A DNA stretch of 64,000 nucleotides from the IMG/VR virus record IMGVR_UViG_3300025858_000016, positions 30,010 through 94,009 of that record; one strand, given 5' to 3'. This document shows, one piece after another, positions 21,801 to 31,666 of this stretch; position 1 is the first letter of the stretch; every line of letters begins with the position of its first letter. The notes under the pieces were generated by a model. It was not told where the DNA came from. It saw nothing but the letters and a program-made list of their open reading frames with translations, and ran no database searches. The stretch is from a virus (Duplodnaviria; Caudoviricetes). Made by a program: the position numbers and the translations under genes.

Positions 21801-22250
21801 AGAGATTTATTTACACTTGATCAAGAGTTTGTTTATTATAATTGGTGGTGGGATTTACAACAGAAACGATTAACAGGGATTGCATTTTTTAATTATGAAG
21901 AGATTTGTGATAAATATTTAGTAGACTATACTTATATAAATAGTTCAGATATACAAGATGATACAAATGATAACATCTATTATGGGATTGGTGGGTATAT
22001 TATTGAAGTTATAGAACGAGAGAGTAAGAAGAAAGGGAAGTATTGTAGTATTAATTTAGACAGTAATAGTGAGTCAGTTTGGGTTAATATATTCCCAGAT
22101 CAATATAAACGTATTTTAGATTCAGGAATACAATTAGTTGGTTCAGAAAAAAAGCTTCTAATTATTACAGGGTTGATAAGAGAAGATGAATATAGAAAAG
22201 AAAAAGTAGTAAAAATTTGGGATAGTTCAGAGGTTATATTATTAGGGTAG
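18828..22250 (+). CDS. dnaE: DNA polymerase III alpha subunit (family C)
   Basis: PHP-like N-terminal region, GRGSAGG, LLFERFL, PDIDCDF, KEDILG, YRPGP, YGFNKSH. Confidence 0.93.
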   Translation: MQELVSYLISKKIKFEEIDDQLLKIDDQLFQLVAPTEEKLFNEDFHLIIDDIKGENLVFNFGGKWYYISSDSVNNPQLVKLRYLGNLQEEILTTSFLGVRGMYELLNGSGHYSEWIRKAKFLNVKYLGICEKNTLAGVLRFQNQCQASGISSIIGATYTVYQSKTDYKYDVKCYVKNSIGWENLLLINTEVNVTNNKFIKQERFLELLEGIVVVLDPKSINFNRVLDFLNKLEIYYQLDTVEYEDKERDQEYLVNLKKFVDSKLSPISITDAFYLDKEDSFIKTRLNQISEIKEYKSLNQFFKSKLEYFDELSVLFKDEERLFNYFESALSNELLLCSQCNFQISSTKKFLPIYKMTDEQSREYKDNEDLFWGLIEKGIEKRVPKNRYKEYLDRVEREVEVIKLGGFIDYFLILWDIIQWSNRNEILTGIGRGSAGGCLVAYCLGITHLDPIEFGLLFERFLNKGRVEGGSLPDIDCDFAGDRRDDVKHYMEKRYGKYQVCSVGTYTTLQLKAAIKDLSRIYNLDIGDVNWITTVLNDEDDSIAGIFKNALQHSRIMNFIQNHVDLVNDLESILKLPRSQSVHACATIILPEDRDIFHWIPVKSVMTKNNENLLVSEWEGGELESIGLLKEDILGIRQLDKFQFILSLIEANGKKRPDIYKLFYDDEIVFKYFRKGWNQDVFHFGAKGLTKYCKESKPENIGDLIAAISLYRPGPIESNLHNEYIFRKEGSKEVEYLWGTESITKETYGILIYQEQIMQTCVQVGGFTLIEADEIRKALGKMKKKYSDPYRERFIKGAEERGCPHDEAVHIWEVMERFALYGFNKSHAAAYTITGYICQYLKVHYPIEFWTSAFEFIDESRREERTFQFVSEINKTGHIKIKSPNINVSESSVKSDHLSNIIYWTLSSVKQVGGIAMDQILQERSKNGKYFSFEEFVQRHTFTGSKVNKLHIENLIFSGAFDEIEDIQTSNGRIRLLTQFREIKKIKVDKERDLFTLDQEFVYYNWWWDLQQKRLTGIAFFNYEEICDKYLVDYTYINSSDIQDDTNDNIYYGIGGYIIEVIERESKKKGKYCSINLDSNSESVWVNIFPDQYKRILDSGIQLVGSEKKLLIITGLIREDEYRKEKVVKIWDSSEVILLG

Positions 22251-22325
22251 AGAGTTTTAATATAATTTGTTCAGACTTAATTAGTGAAAAAGATTTTTAT
22301 TAATTTTAATAAATAAAACATTTAT

Positions 22326-22889
22326 ATGTCTAATGTAACAATATTCTTTGGTAATCAGACTGTTGTACTTCAATTTGAAGGGTTTAAAGATGAAGTGAAT
22401 GTTGATGAATTAACTTCTATAGATTATAGTAATTTGTATGGTGAGATAGTAACAGTTTCAGCTCTTTTGAATAAGATTGGGTTATTAAGAGCAGAGGCAG
22501 AAAGTGCTGTATCTTTAAAACAACTAGAATGTGATGTATATTCGGCAGATTTAGGTAAGAGATATAGAAGAGAAGCTAATGTTAATGGAGGTAAGTTTAC
22601 TATTCCAGATGGTGAACATTTGGTATCTATAAAACTTACTGAAGATTCTATAAATCAGGCAATAATTTTAGATCCTATTTATCAAGCTAAGAAGAATAGT
22701 CTAATTGAATCAAAAAAGAACTTTGGGTTTATAGATTCTTTGTATTGGGCCATACAAAGTAAGGATAAGAAATTGTCATTGATAACTAGACCAGTAACTC
22801 CTGAAGAATTTGTAAATGAAATTATTGAAGGAGAAATAAATGGAATGTTTATTAAAAAATTAAAAGATAATTGGACACAGAATTCATAA
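22326..22889 (+). CDS. hypothetical helical protein (possible recombination mediator)
   Basis: Coiled-coil character; lies upstream of SSB-like and RecA genes. Confidence 0.4.
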   Translation: MSNVTIFFGNQTVVLQFEGFKDEVNVDELTSIDYSNLYGEIVTVSALLNKIGLLRAEAESAVSLKQLECDVYSADLGKRYRREANVNGGKFTIPDGEHLVSIKLTEDSINQAIILDPIYQAKKNSLIESKKNFGFIDSLYWAIQSKDKKLSLITRPVTPEEFVNEIIEGEINGMFIKKLKDNWTQNS

Positions 22890-22902
22890 AACTCACAAAT
22901 AA

Positions 22903-23169
22903 ATGAACATTAAAATTGAGAATTATATTTTAAAGCCTTGCACCGGGGCATCAGAACGATGGGATTTAATTGAAGTTGTACAACGAAAGAGAGAGTCGGA
23001 TGGCAAGATATATGATGATTATAATGAAATTGCTTTCGGTATATCTTTAAAAACAGCTAAGCAGAAGATAGTTGGTATTATGTTGGCCAAGGATACACGA
23101 ACAGTTGATATAAAAACATTTGAACAAGAACTCACAAAACTCATAAATAAAATTGAAACATTAATCTAA
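22903..23169 (+). CDS. hypothetical protein
   Basis: ORF track. Confidence 0.6.
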   Translation: MNIKIENYILKPCTGASERWDLIEVVQRKRESDGKIYDDYNEIAFGISLKTAKQKIVGIMLAKDTRTVDIKTFEQELTKLINKIETLI

Positions 23170-23180
23170 AACAAAACATC

Positions 23181-24602
23181 ATGGACAGAAGTCAATTTAA
23201 AGGAGCAACATTAGGCTCTATCAAAGATGAACAAGAAAATGCCAAAAAGGCAATCCCTACTTCTGATGGAGAGGGTAGAGCCGGGTTTCACAAAATTGAG
23301 GATGGTGAAAATTGGCGTCGTATTGCACCAGCACATAAACCAGATCAACCGGCATATTGTGCTAAGTCAACAGTATTTCTTGAATGCGAAGTGGATGAAC
23401 TTGATAAAGAAGGTAATCCAACAGGCAGAAAAGAACTTAAAACTAAAAACATTTTTATTGCAACTCAGCATTCTAATGTTTTAAAGGAAGATCCTATTCT
23501 TCTTTATATTTCATTTGTTCAAAAACGTGCAAATGATGAGATTCAGGATAAAGATGAGCGACAGAAGTTTTTGTACCCTATAAATGGTTGGAGAGGTAAA
23601 GACGGTAAATGGAATTGGGGTATAAAACCTTCAATTGAGTATATTTGTTATGCTTGGGATAAAAATGGCAAATTAGGTAGAGAGACTCTTTATTCTTATA
23701 TGTTAGATAGTATGAAGAAAATTTCAGTTCAACAAGCACCAGAAAATACTGAAATTATCCCTGATATTTTTACTGACCCTGATGAAGGTTATCCATTAAT
23801 TATCACAAAAGGTAAAAATGATAAGGGAAAAATTGAATACACTATATCCTGTGAACTCCCTTCAAAAGAAAAGCGTGAATCTTGGGATGATTTTTTTAAG
23901 AGGACTAGAATTACTGATGAACAGTTTGTTGATTTCATGAAAAGAGAGAGTTTGTATGAATTATATAAGAATGTGTATACTATGCGTGATTTTGAGATGG
24001 CTATTGATGGATTGATGAGATTTGATAAAAGATATAAGTATAATATTTTTGAGAATGAAGAATTTCTTGAAAAGATAGCCAATCTTAAAAAACAAGTCCC
24101 TGCCTATACTCCTAAACAGTATGGAGCATCATCTGAAGAAAGATCTAATGATGAAAATCATAAGGAAGAAGTATCTGAGAAAAATATTGCTCCTGATAAG
24201 AAACATGGAACTGGTATTAAAAGTGAATCTTCAAAGGAAGTGACTAGTAATAATTTACCTGCTCCTATTCCAGCTATGAAACGTCAATTGTCGGAGTATA
24301 TTAAAGATAATTATGGTGATGATTATAAATTACCTGAGTTGTCAAGGGAACAGTTGATTGAATGGTATAAGTTAGCTAAGAATGGTGATGAATTACCATT
24401 TGATGAAATAGAATTAAAAGAAATAGGTCAGGACAATAAAATAACAGAACCGAAAGAAGAGTCAAAAATTGAGAAAGAAGAAGAACCTGAACAATCAAAT
24501 GAGTCATCTAATAAGCCTGAAGTTGTTGTAAATTCAAAACAGATTGATCCTGATTTACAGGCACAAATTGATGCTTTAAGAAAAAGAAGACAAAGTAAAT
24601 AA
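23181..24602 (+). CDS. putative phage ssDNA-binding protein (gp32-like) with charged tail
   Basis: GENWRRIAP, FTDPDEGYPLIITK, low-complexity charged C-terminus; replication context. Confidence 0.55.
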   Translation: MDRSQFKGATLGSIKDEQENAKKAIPTSDGEGRAGFHKIEDGENWRRIAPAHKPDQPAYCAKSTVFLECEVDELDKEGNPTGRKELKTKNIFIATQHSNVLKEDPILLYISFVQKRANDEIQDKDERQKFLYPINGWRGKDGKWNWGIKPSIEYICYAWDKNGKLGRETLYSYMLDSMKKISVQQAPENTEIIPDIFTDPDEGYPLIITKGKNDKGKIEYTISCELPSKEKRESWDDFFKRTRITDEQFVDFMKRESLYELYKNVYTMRDFEMAIDGLMRFDKRYKYNIFENEEFLEKIANLKKQVPAYTPKQYGASSEERSNDENHKEEVSEKNIAPDKKHGTGIKSESSKEVTSNNLPAPIPAMKRQLSEYIKDNYGDDYKLPELSREQLIEWYKLAKNGDELPFDEIELKEIGQDNKITEPKEESKIEKEEEPEQSNESSNKPEVVVNSKQIDPDLQAQIDALRKRRQSK

Positions 24603-24614
24603 TTTTCGTAAATT

Positions 24615-24650
24615 AATAGGAGTGGGATTAAATCACCCACTCCTATTTTA
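24615..24650 (+). terminator. intrinsic terminator
   Basis: AATAGGAGTGGG-loop-CCCACTCCTATT followed by T. Confidence 0.75.
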
Positions 24651-24662
24651 AAATTTTGTAAC

Positions 24663-25712
24663 ATGAAAAAGGAAATAGCAGTTATATCAACTGATTGGCA
24701 TTTAAAAGAAAGTAATATTGAACAAATAAAAGATTTAGTTAGACAAAAATGTGAACTAGCTAAATCTTTAGGAATAAAAGTATTATTTTGTTTGGGAGAT
24801 ATGTTAGATAGTAGACCCGGCCAGAAAGAAGTAGTTCTTACAGCTTTAAGCGATATAATTAATATGGTATGTACTCAGTATGAGTTTGATTTTTGGGTAA
24901 TTCCGGGTAATCATGATAAACAGAATTATTCAAGTTATGATAGTTATTTGAATAGTTATAAGTTTCACCCTAAATTTAAAGTAATAGATAGAAAGGGAAT
25001 GTATTCAGTAGGTGATGTTCTATTCCATATGATGCCCTTTTTTAAAGAAGATATGTGGTTCAAGGAACTTGAAGATTTTAAGGAATATATTGGAGAGTTT
25101 GATAAGAGTAAAAGATATGTTTTATTAAGTCATCAAGCTATTAATGGGTCAGTAAATAATGATGGGTCAAAAGTTCAATGTGGTATATCTGTTAATGATT
25201 TTAAAGGATTTAATTTAGTTTTATTGGGTCATTATCACAATGCTCAACAATTATCTAAAAATATCTTTCATATTCCTTCTATACAACAAAATAATTTTGG
25301 TGAAGATTCTGAAAAGGGATTTACTGTCGTGTATGATGATTGTACTATTGATTTAGTAAAGTCAAGTTTTAAAGAGTATGAGAAAGTAATAATAGATATG
25401 GATAAACATAACACTGATTATGTTGATGAACAGATAGTAAAGTATGCTAGTTTAAATAAGTTTATTAGATTTGAGTTTGTTGGGTCAGAAGATAGGGTTA
25501 AATTTATTAAGAAAGAAAAGTTTATTGCTGCTGGTATTGATGTTAAAATAAAAGTTAAGGAGATTGAAAAAGAGATAGAATATGCTTCTAATGAAATTAA
25601 GAAACATGATAAAGAGACTATTGTTGAAGAGTTTAAAGAATTTTGTGCTGAGAATAAAAAAGACTTCAATGAAGGCATTAAATTTTTAAATAAAAAATTG
25701 AATGGAAAATAA
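24663..25712 (+). CDS. SbcD/Mre11-like metallophosphoesterase nuclease
   Basis: TDWH, LGD..D, PGNHD, LGHYH. Confidence 0.88.
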   Translation: MKKEIAVISTDWHLKESNIEQIKDLVRQKCELAKSLGIKVLFCLGDMLDSRPGQKEVVLTALSDIINMVCTQYEFDFWVIPGNHDKQNYSSYDSYLNSYKFHPKFKVIDRKGMYSVGDVLFHMMPFFKEDMWFKELEDFKEYIGEFDKSKRYVLLSHQAINGSVNNDGSKVQCGISVNDFKGFNLVLLGHYHNAQQLSKNIFHIPSIQQNNFGEDSEKGFTVVYDDCTIDLVKSSFKEYEKVIIDMDKHNTDYVDEQIVKYASLNKFIRFEFVGSEDRVKFIKKEKFIAAGIDVKIKVKEIEKEIEYASNEIKKHDKETIVEEFKEFCAENKKDFNEGIKFLNKKLNGK

Positions 25713-26688
25713 TAAAATAAAAGATGCCATTTTTGCTTTAGAAAAGAAATTTGGTAAAAATACTATTATTGGTCTTGATGATGATGGTGAAAGCACATCA
25801 GGTATAAAGTTTGTTTCATCTGGTTCTATTACTCTTGATAATGCATTAGGGGGTGGTTATGCCAGAGGCAGAGTTATTGAAATATTTGGCCCTGAATCGT
25901 CTGGTAAAACTACATTAACCTTGCATGCTATTGCTGAAGTTCAAAAAGAAGGTGGTGTAGCTGCTTTCATTGATATGGAACATGCTTTTGATAGAGTGTA
26001 TGCTCAAAATTTGGGTGTTGATATTTCTAAAGAGAGTCTTTTGTTTTCACAGCCTAGTAATGGAGAACAAGCATTTGACATTGCTGAAACTTTGATTCGT
26101 ACGGGAGAAATAGATATTGTTGTTATAGATTCAGTTGCAGCATTGACCCCTAAAGCAGAAATAGAAGGTGATTTCGGAGATTCAAAGATGGGGTTACAGG
26201 CCAGATTAATGTCACAGGCTTTACGTAAACTAACTTCAATTGTTGGTAATACTGATACTATATTATTTTTTACTAATCAGTTGCGTGAAAAAATTGGTGT
26301 TATGTTTGGTAATCCGGAAACAACAACTGGTGGAAATGCTTTAAAATTTTATGCTTCACAAAGATTGGATATTAGAAGAATTAATATTAATAAAGATGGT
26401 GATGAAGCTATTAGTAACAGAGTAAAAGTAAAGGTAATAAAGAATAAAACAGCTCCTCCATTTAGGGTTGCAGAATTTGACATTATATATGGAGAGGGTA
26501 TTGATAAATTAAATGAACTTATTCAATTAAGTGTTGAATTAGGAGTAATTAAGAAAAGTGGGTCATGGTATTCATATGAAGATACTAAATTGGGACAAGG
26601 TATAGAACAAGTTAAAAAAATTATATTGGATAACCCTGAATTGCTTGGTGAACTTGAAGTTATTATTAATAAAAACTTTCGTAAATAA
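25702..26688 (+). CDS. recA: recombinase RecA (bacterial-like)
   Basis: [39 protein letters not shown]. Confidence 0.97.
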   Translation: MENNKIKDAIFALEKKFGKNTIIGLDDDGESTSGIKFVSSGSITLDNALGGGYARGRVIEIFGPESSGKTTLTLHAIAEVQKEGGVAAFIDMEHAFDRVYAQNLGVDISKESLLFSQPSNGEQAFDIAETLIRTGEIDIVVIDSVAALTPKAEIEGDFGDSKMGLQARLMSQALRKLTSIVGNTDTILFFTNQLREKIGVMFGNPETTTGGNALKFYASQRLDIRRININKDGDEAISNRVKVKVIKNKTAPPFRVAEFDIIYGEGIDKLNELIQLSVELGVIKKSGSWYSYEDTKLGQGIEQVKKIILDNPELLGELEVIINKNFRK

Positions 26689-28703
26689 TGGAAATTAAAT
26701 TCTTAAAAGCTGTAAATTTTCAATCATTTCGTGGTGAAGTTTACTATCAGATCCAGAATGGATTACCTGTTCTAATAAAAGGTGATAATCAAACAGACCC
26801 TGGCCAGGAATCTAATGGGTCTGGGAAATCAGTATTGATGTCAATTGTGGAGTATGTATACTTACATATGACTTCTAAGAAAGTTACTGATGTTAATTTG
26901 ATTAATTGGTTAGAAGATAATTGCACTCTTTCTTCAGAAATTTATTGCCCTATCCGGAAGGAATCTTTGTTGATAGAACGTGAAATATCACGTAAAAATG
27001 GTGGTAGTAGTCAACTATCAGTAAATGGTAAGATAAAATATGCATTCGGAGATAAAATGGTCAATGAGATTGATAAGTTCATAATTGATTGGATTGGTAT
27101 TTCTAAAGAAGATTTGCAGAATTTTTTTATATTGAATAAGTTTAAGTATGTGTCATTCTTTGATTCATCTAATACTAATTTGATAAAATTAATTGGTAGA
27201 TTTTCTAATTCAAGTATTATTTCTGGTATAGATAGTGATATTTTGTCAAATATTGGAGAATTAGAAACTAATTTAAAATTATTACATGGTTCTAAAGAAC
27301 GTGTTCTAGGCAAGATTGAAGTTCATAAACAGAATATTGATAATGAAAAGAATATTGATAAAGAGGTCCTACTTGTTCAAGAAATGAATAAAATAGATGA
27401 ACAGATAATTGAAGAAAGTAATAAGATTATTGCGTACAGATCAGATATTAGTTGTAATAATGAAGAGATTGATAAATTATTATGTGATTTAAAAACTATA
27501 GATAGTCAGCTTGTTAAGATTAAAGAAGAGGTTAATGATTCAAAAAGTAAACTGTCGGTATTTGATTTAAAATACAAAGAGATTGATAGTAAGATTTCAA
27601 ATGTTAGAGTTGATAAAGATGTTGTAGATAATGAAATAAATAAATTAAATGATAATAAGAGAGAGATATTGTTAACTATTCAGGAAATAGAGATAAATTT
27701 GAAAGGTACTGTTGTTTGTCCTAAATGTAGTCATGAATTTATAGTTAGTAAAGAAGATATTGATGTTACACAGGAGAAAGAGGCTTTGAGTCAAGCTAAA
27801 GAATTAGTTGATAAAATAGAGAATAATTATAATTCTTTAAAAGAGAAGTTAAGGTTATATGATCAAAATATTACTTCATTAAAGAGAGACAGGCTAGTGG
27901 TGGAATCAGAAGAGTCAGAAATAAAGACATTAAATAATAAATTGAATCAGAGTATAGATAATAGCTTATTGTCAATAAGAAGAACAAATAATGATATTGA
28001 AGTTTTAAAACAAAGTTCTGATAGTAAGAAAAAATTGATAGAGATTTGTGATAGTAATATTAAAAATCTTGAGACCAGTAAGTCGAAATTAAATACTAAT
28101 AACTTTGATAATACTGATAAAATTAAAGCTATTGAACAAGAGATAAAAAATTGTGAAGATGAAATTGAAGATATTAGTTTAAATATTAATAAAATAGATG
28201 AAGAGATTTTGAATTATAAACAATGGGCTTTTACGTTCAAAGAATTTGTACAATATCTATCAGTCAAAACATTAAAGGTTTTACAGAGTTATGCTAATAA
28301 GTTCCTAAATGATCTAAAAACAGATTTAAGAGTACAATTAGAAGGATATAAGATAAAATCAGATGGTACACTGTCAGACAAAATAACAGCATATATTGTT
28401 AGGGATGGTCAAGTAAGAGAGTTTGGTAATTTCTCTGGTGGAGAGAGAGTAAGATTAGAAGCTGCTATGATTCTCACCATTCAACATGCTATAAATTCAA
28501 CACACCTTTATGGAGGATTGAATTTTTTAAGTATAGATGAAATATTCGAATCAGCTGATAGATTAGGTATTAATTTACTAACATCTTCATTGGTTGATCT
28601 TAAAAAGACAATTTTAATTACTACCCATATACCTGGTGATAATTATGAATGTCCTGTAGTTACTATTCAAAAAATAAATGGAGTCAGTAAACTTGTAAAT
28701 TAA
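26688..28703 (+). CDS. SbcC/Rad50-like ATPase
   Basis: NGSGKS, coiled coil, CPKC zinc hook, FSGGE, SIDE. Confidence 0.9.
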   Translation: MEIKFLKAVNFQSFRGEVYYQIQNGLPVLIKGDNQTDPGQESNGSGKSVLMSIVEYVYLHMTSKKVTDVNLINWLEDNCTLSSEIYCPIRKESLLIEREISRKNGGSSQLSVNGKIKYAFGDKMVNEIDKFIIDWIGISKEDLQNFFILNKFKYVSFFDSSNTNLIKLIGRFSNSSIISGIDSDILSNIGELETNLKLLHGSKERVLGKIEVHKQNIDNEKNIDKEVLLVQEMNKIDEQIIEESNKIIAYRSDISCNNEEIDKLLCDLKTIDSQLVKIKEEVNDSKSKLSVFDLKYKEIDSKISNVRVDKDVVDNEINKLNDNKREILLTIQEIEINLKGTVVCPKCSHEFIVSKEDIDVTQEKEALSQAKELVDKIENNYNSLKEKLRLYDQNITSLKRDRLVVESEESEIKTLNNKLNQSIDNSLLSIRRTNNDIEVLKQSSDSKKKLIEICDSNIKNLETSKSKLNTNNFDNTDKIKAIEQEIKNCEDEIEDISLNINKIDEEILNYKQWAFTFKEFVQYLSVKTLKVLQSYANKFLNDLKTDLRVQLEGYKIKSDGTLSDKITAYIVRDGQVREFGNFSGGERVRLEAAMILTIQHAINSTHLYGGLNFLSIDEIFESADRLGINLLTSSLVDLKKTILITTHIPGDNYECPVVTIQKINGVSKLVN

Positions 28704-28708
28704 AAAAT

Positions 28709-29236
28709 ATGAAAAAGTTGTGTATTGGTATTGATCCTGGTAAAGATGGGTATGTAGTAACATATAATGATGTTACTGGTAACAGAACTATGTTACCTAT
28801 TCCAAAGATAGGAGACAAAGTTGATGTACATGGTATATATGAATTGTTTGGTGTTATAAAAACCACATTTCATGACTATTCTATACAAGTATGTATAGAA
28901 GATGTTCATGCTATATTTGGAGCATCTGCAAAGAGTACTTTTGAATTTGGGTACATTAATGGTATATTAGAGATGGCTATTGTTTCTTGTGGATTTTCAT
29001 ATACTAAAGTAGCCCCTAAAAAGTGGCAATCATTAATGTGGCAAGGTGTACCTATACAGAAGAAAGTATCTTCAACAGGTAAAACTTTAGTTAATAATAC
29101 TAAAGCTATTTCAGAAATGGCAGCAAGAAGATTGTTCCCAGATATGGATTTTCGTCGTACAACAAGGTGCAAAAATAATGATGAAAATCTTATTGATGCA
29201 CTTTTGATATGTGAATATTGTAGGAGAAATTTCTAA
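28709..29236 (+). CDS. RuvC-like Holliday junction resolvase
   Basis: IGIDPGKDG, CIEDV, PKKWQ, DALLI. Confidence 0.8.
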   Translation: MKKLCIGIDPGKDGYVVTYNDVTGNRTMLPIPKIGDKVDVHGIYELFGVIKTTFHDYSIQVCIEDVHAIFGASAKSTFEFGYINGILEMAIVSCGFSYTKVAPKKWQSLMWQGVPIQKKVSSTGKTLVNNTKAISEMAARRLFPDMDFRRTTRCKNNDENLIDALLICEYCRRNF

Positions 29237-29565
29237 TGGCTATACTATCATGCCCTAATTGTGAGTATGAAGTTACTGTTCATAAAGTAACTTATTGCAA
29301 AGATGGTAAAGTTTTTAAAGTAAACAAAGTATGTCCTAATTGCGGTACAGCGTTAGTTGAAGAACCATCATTTATTAATGAGAGTGCTATAGAAGGATTT
29401 GAAGTATCAAGATGGGGGTCAATGGGAGAAAAAGAAAAGAGACAAGTTATTAAAGACAGAGCTAGACGTCATTATAATAATGTTGATAAGAAAGAAGCTG
29501 AACATAAGAGAGATGAAACAATAAAAAATATAAAACAACAATTTGAAAAAGGAAAACAAAAATGA
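29236..29565 (+). CDS. zinc-ribbon protein
   Basis: CPNC...CPNC. Confidence 0.6.
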   Translation: MAILSCPNCEYEVTVHKVTYCKDGKVFKVNKVCPNCGTALVEEPSFINESAIEGFEVSRWGSMGEKEKRQVIKDRARRHYNNVDKKEAEHKRDETIKNIKQQFEKGKQK

Positions 29566-29882
29566 TACAGGATCAAGATTCTTTACAGTACATTATTAAT
29601 AAAGTAGGTAAAACTATTTTAGTGATTCACGATGTTGATGATAAAGATTATTGTTATTTGATTGAAGAATTTAAACCAGCTAACCCTTCTAATCATATAC
29701 ATGATAATTTTGTGAAGGGAAGATGTATTAATGGAGTAATACAAGCATTGGGAAGTTTTTCTAATGGATTTAGTGTAGGAGATTTAACTTTGTCTCAAAA
29801 GATGATGGAGATACCTATACAAAATTTTGTTTTTAGTGATTTAAAATGGATATGGTTTAAAGGTTATGATAGTGTTATTTAA
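29562..29882 (+). CDS. hypothetical protein
   Basis: ORF track. Confidence 0.55.
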   Translation: MIQDQDSLQYIINKVGKTILVIHDVDDKDYCYLIEEFKPANPSNHIHDNFVKGRCINGVIQALGSFSNGFSVGDLTLSQKMMEIPIQNFVFSDLKWIWFKGYDSVI

Positions 29883-29911
29883 TTGATAGTTAATATAATA
29901 ATCAATATCCC

Positions 29912-30006
29912 TTATTTATAATCATTATAAATTAAGGATATTTTTAAAAATAATTGATTAATAATTTTGTTTGTGTTAATTATTATATTAATTTTACCGT
30001 GTTAAA
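29912..30006 (+). promoter_or_regulatory. 95-bp promoter module, copy 1 (palindromic box + TTTG...TAATTTTA)
   Basis: 92/95 identical to 51844-51938. Confidence 0.8.
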
Positions 30007-30039
30007 TCATTCAAACATTAATTAAAAAAACTTAAGATC

Positions 30040-31026
30040 ATGTCACACAATTTAGCAATGGATTCAAAATCAGGGGAAGCTGCTCTCTATCTTTTACAGC
30101 AACCCGCTTGGCATAAATTAGGCCAGGTCGTTGAAGAAGCAAAAACTTCAGAAGAGGTTCTTAAAATTGCCCATCTTGACTGGGAAGTTGAGAAAATTCC
30201 TAATTTTGTTAGTGTTAATAATGAATGGAAAGAAAGTGGTTCATTTTCCACCATTCGTACTGATAATGGGGATATTCTTGGTAACATTTTCGGAAATCAG
30301 TATTCACCTGTTCAAAACAGGGAGGCTTTTGATTTTCTTGATTCTTTAGTGAAAGATCAAAAGGATATCGTTTATCATACTGCTGGTGCACTCGGTAAGG
30401 GAGAAATTGTTTTCATTACTGCTAAACTTCCTAAATATCTTAAACTTGGTAAGTCAGATATTATGGAAGAATATCTATTGTTTTCAAATACACATAATGG
30501 AGCAGGGGGGTCTGTTCAGTTTACTAACATAAGAGTTGTTTGTAATAACACTTATGATATGGCAATGAAAGATTGTAAGAACAGAGTATCTTTACGTCAT
30601 ACTTCTGGTATTCATGATCGTCTCAAACTTGGCAGAGAGCTTATTGGTTTAGCTACTGAATGGTCAGATAAACTTGCTGAAGTATTACAACAACTTGGTA
30701 AGATACAAATCAACGACACTCAGGCAAAGGACATTCTGAATCATACTTTTCTTACTTCAGAAGAGTATGCTACTTTAGCATTAGGAGAAAGTCTATCTAC
30801 TCGTCGTTCGAATTTTATGCAGGAAGTTTACAATGCACTTTATTCAGCACCTGGTCAGAACATTGGTGAAGGTACTGGACTTTGGGTTTTAAATGGAGTA
30901 ACGTCATTCCTTCAAAATGTAAAATCATACAAAACAGAAGATCGTAAGATGTCTGGTCTTATGTTTCGGGGCGAAGAATCTCTACAATCACAGAAAGCAT
31001 TTGATCAATTAGTATCAATGATATAA
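30040..31026 (+). CDS. DUF932 family phage/plasmid protein
   Basis: PAWHKLG, YSPVQNREAFDF, TAGALGKG, RVVCNNT. Confidence 0.85.
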   Translation: MSHNLAMDSKSGEAALYLLQQPAWHKLGQVVEEAKTSEEVLKIAHLDWEVEKIPNFVSVNNEWKESGSFSTIRTDNGDILGNIFGNQYSPVQNREAFDFLDSLVKDQKDIVYHTAGALGKGEIVFITAKLPKYLKLGKSDIMEEYLLFSNTHNGAGGSVQFTNIRVVCNNTYDMAMKDCKNRVSLRHTSGIHDRLKLGRELIGLATEWSDKLAEVLQQLGKIQINDTQAKDILNHTFLTSEEYATLALGESLSTRRSNFMQEVYNALYSAPGQNIGEGTGLWVLNGVTSFLQNVKSYKTEDRKMSGLMFRGEESLQSQKAFDQLVSMI

Positions 31027-31039
31027 TTTACGTAAATAC

Positions 31040-31066
31040 AGGTGGGAGATTCATCTCCCACCTTTT
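31040..31066 (+). terminator. intrinsic terminator
   Basis: AGGTGGGAGAT-TC-ATCTCCCACCT-TTT. Confidence 0.8.
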
Positions 31067-31091
31067 GTAAAACTATCAAAAACTAATAAAA

Positions 31092-31565
31092 ATGACAACA
31101 CTTGATTTAGAACTTAGAGTTGAACAGTTGATTGACAATAGTGATAGAATCACCATTAATCAGATAGTAAATGAGTTTAAAGAGATTTCTGAAGATTTAC
31201 GATCATGTATAAGATCAATAGTTAGTCAGTTGATTGTCAAGAAGAATCTTAAGACAGAGTTTGTAAATGGTAGACTATTTGTTACCAACAAATCTGCTTT
31301 AGACAAAACTTCACAAGTAAAGTCTATTAAGCGATCTAATGGAGATGTAGATACAATTTCTCCTAAGTGTGTGCCAGCTGATGGGGATTGGATTGTTTAT
31401 TTAAGAGGAGATGATAAAGATCATATTTATGTTGATAAGAAATTCAATAGGACAGATGCCCGGTTGTTGTATTCTAAACTGAATAAAGTTGATTACAAAA
31501 AAGTCAATATCAAAATGTATCATAAAAAAGATGTTCTGATTGTTGCCCCTTATCAGTGGGATTAA
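31092..31565 (+). CDS. hypothetical protein
   Basis: ORF track. Confidence 0.6.
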   Translation: MTTLDLELRVEQLIDNSDRITINQIVNEFKEISEDLRSCIRSIVSQLIVKKNLKTEFVNGRLFVTNKSALDKTSQVKSIKRSNGDVDTISPKCVPADGDWIVYLRGDDKDHIYVDKKFNRTDARLLYSKLNKVDYKKVNIKMYHKKDVLIVAPYQWD

Positions 31566-31575
31566 TATTTTTAAT

Positions 31576-31648
31576 GGTCTCGTAGCTCAGTGGATAGAGC
31601 AGCAGCCTTCTAAGCTGCGGGTCGTAGGTTCGAATCCTACCGGGGTCA
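31576..31648 (+). tRNA. tRNA-Arg(TCT)
   Basis: GGTCTCG..TAGCTCAGTGGATAGAGC; GCAGC-CTTCTAA-GCTGC; GGTTCGAATCC; CCA not encoded. Confidence 0.95.
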
Positions 31649-31666
31649 CAAGTAAAAACTAAGATC

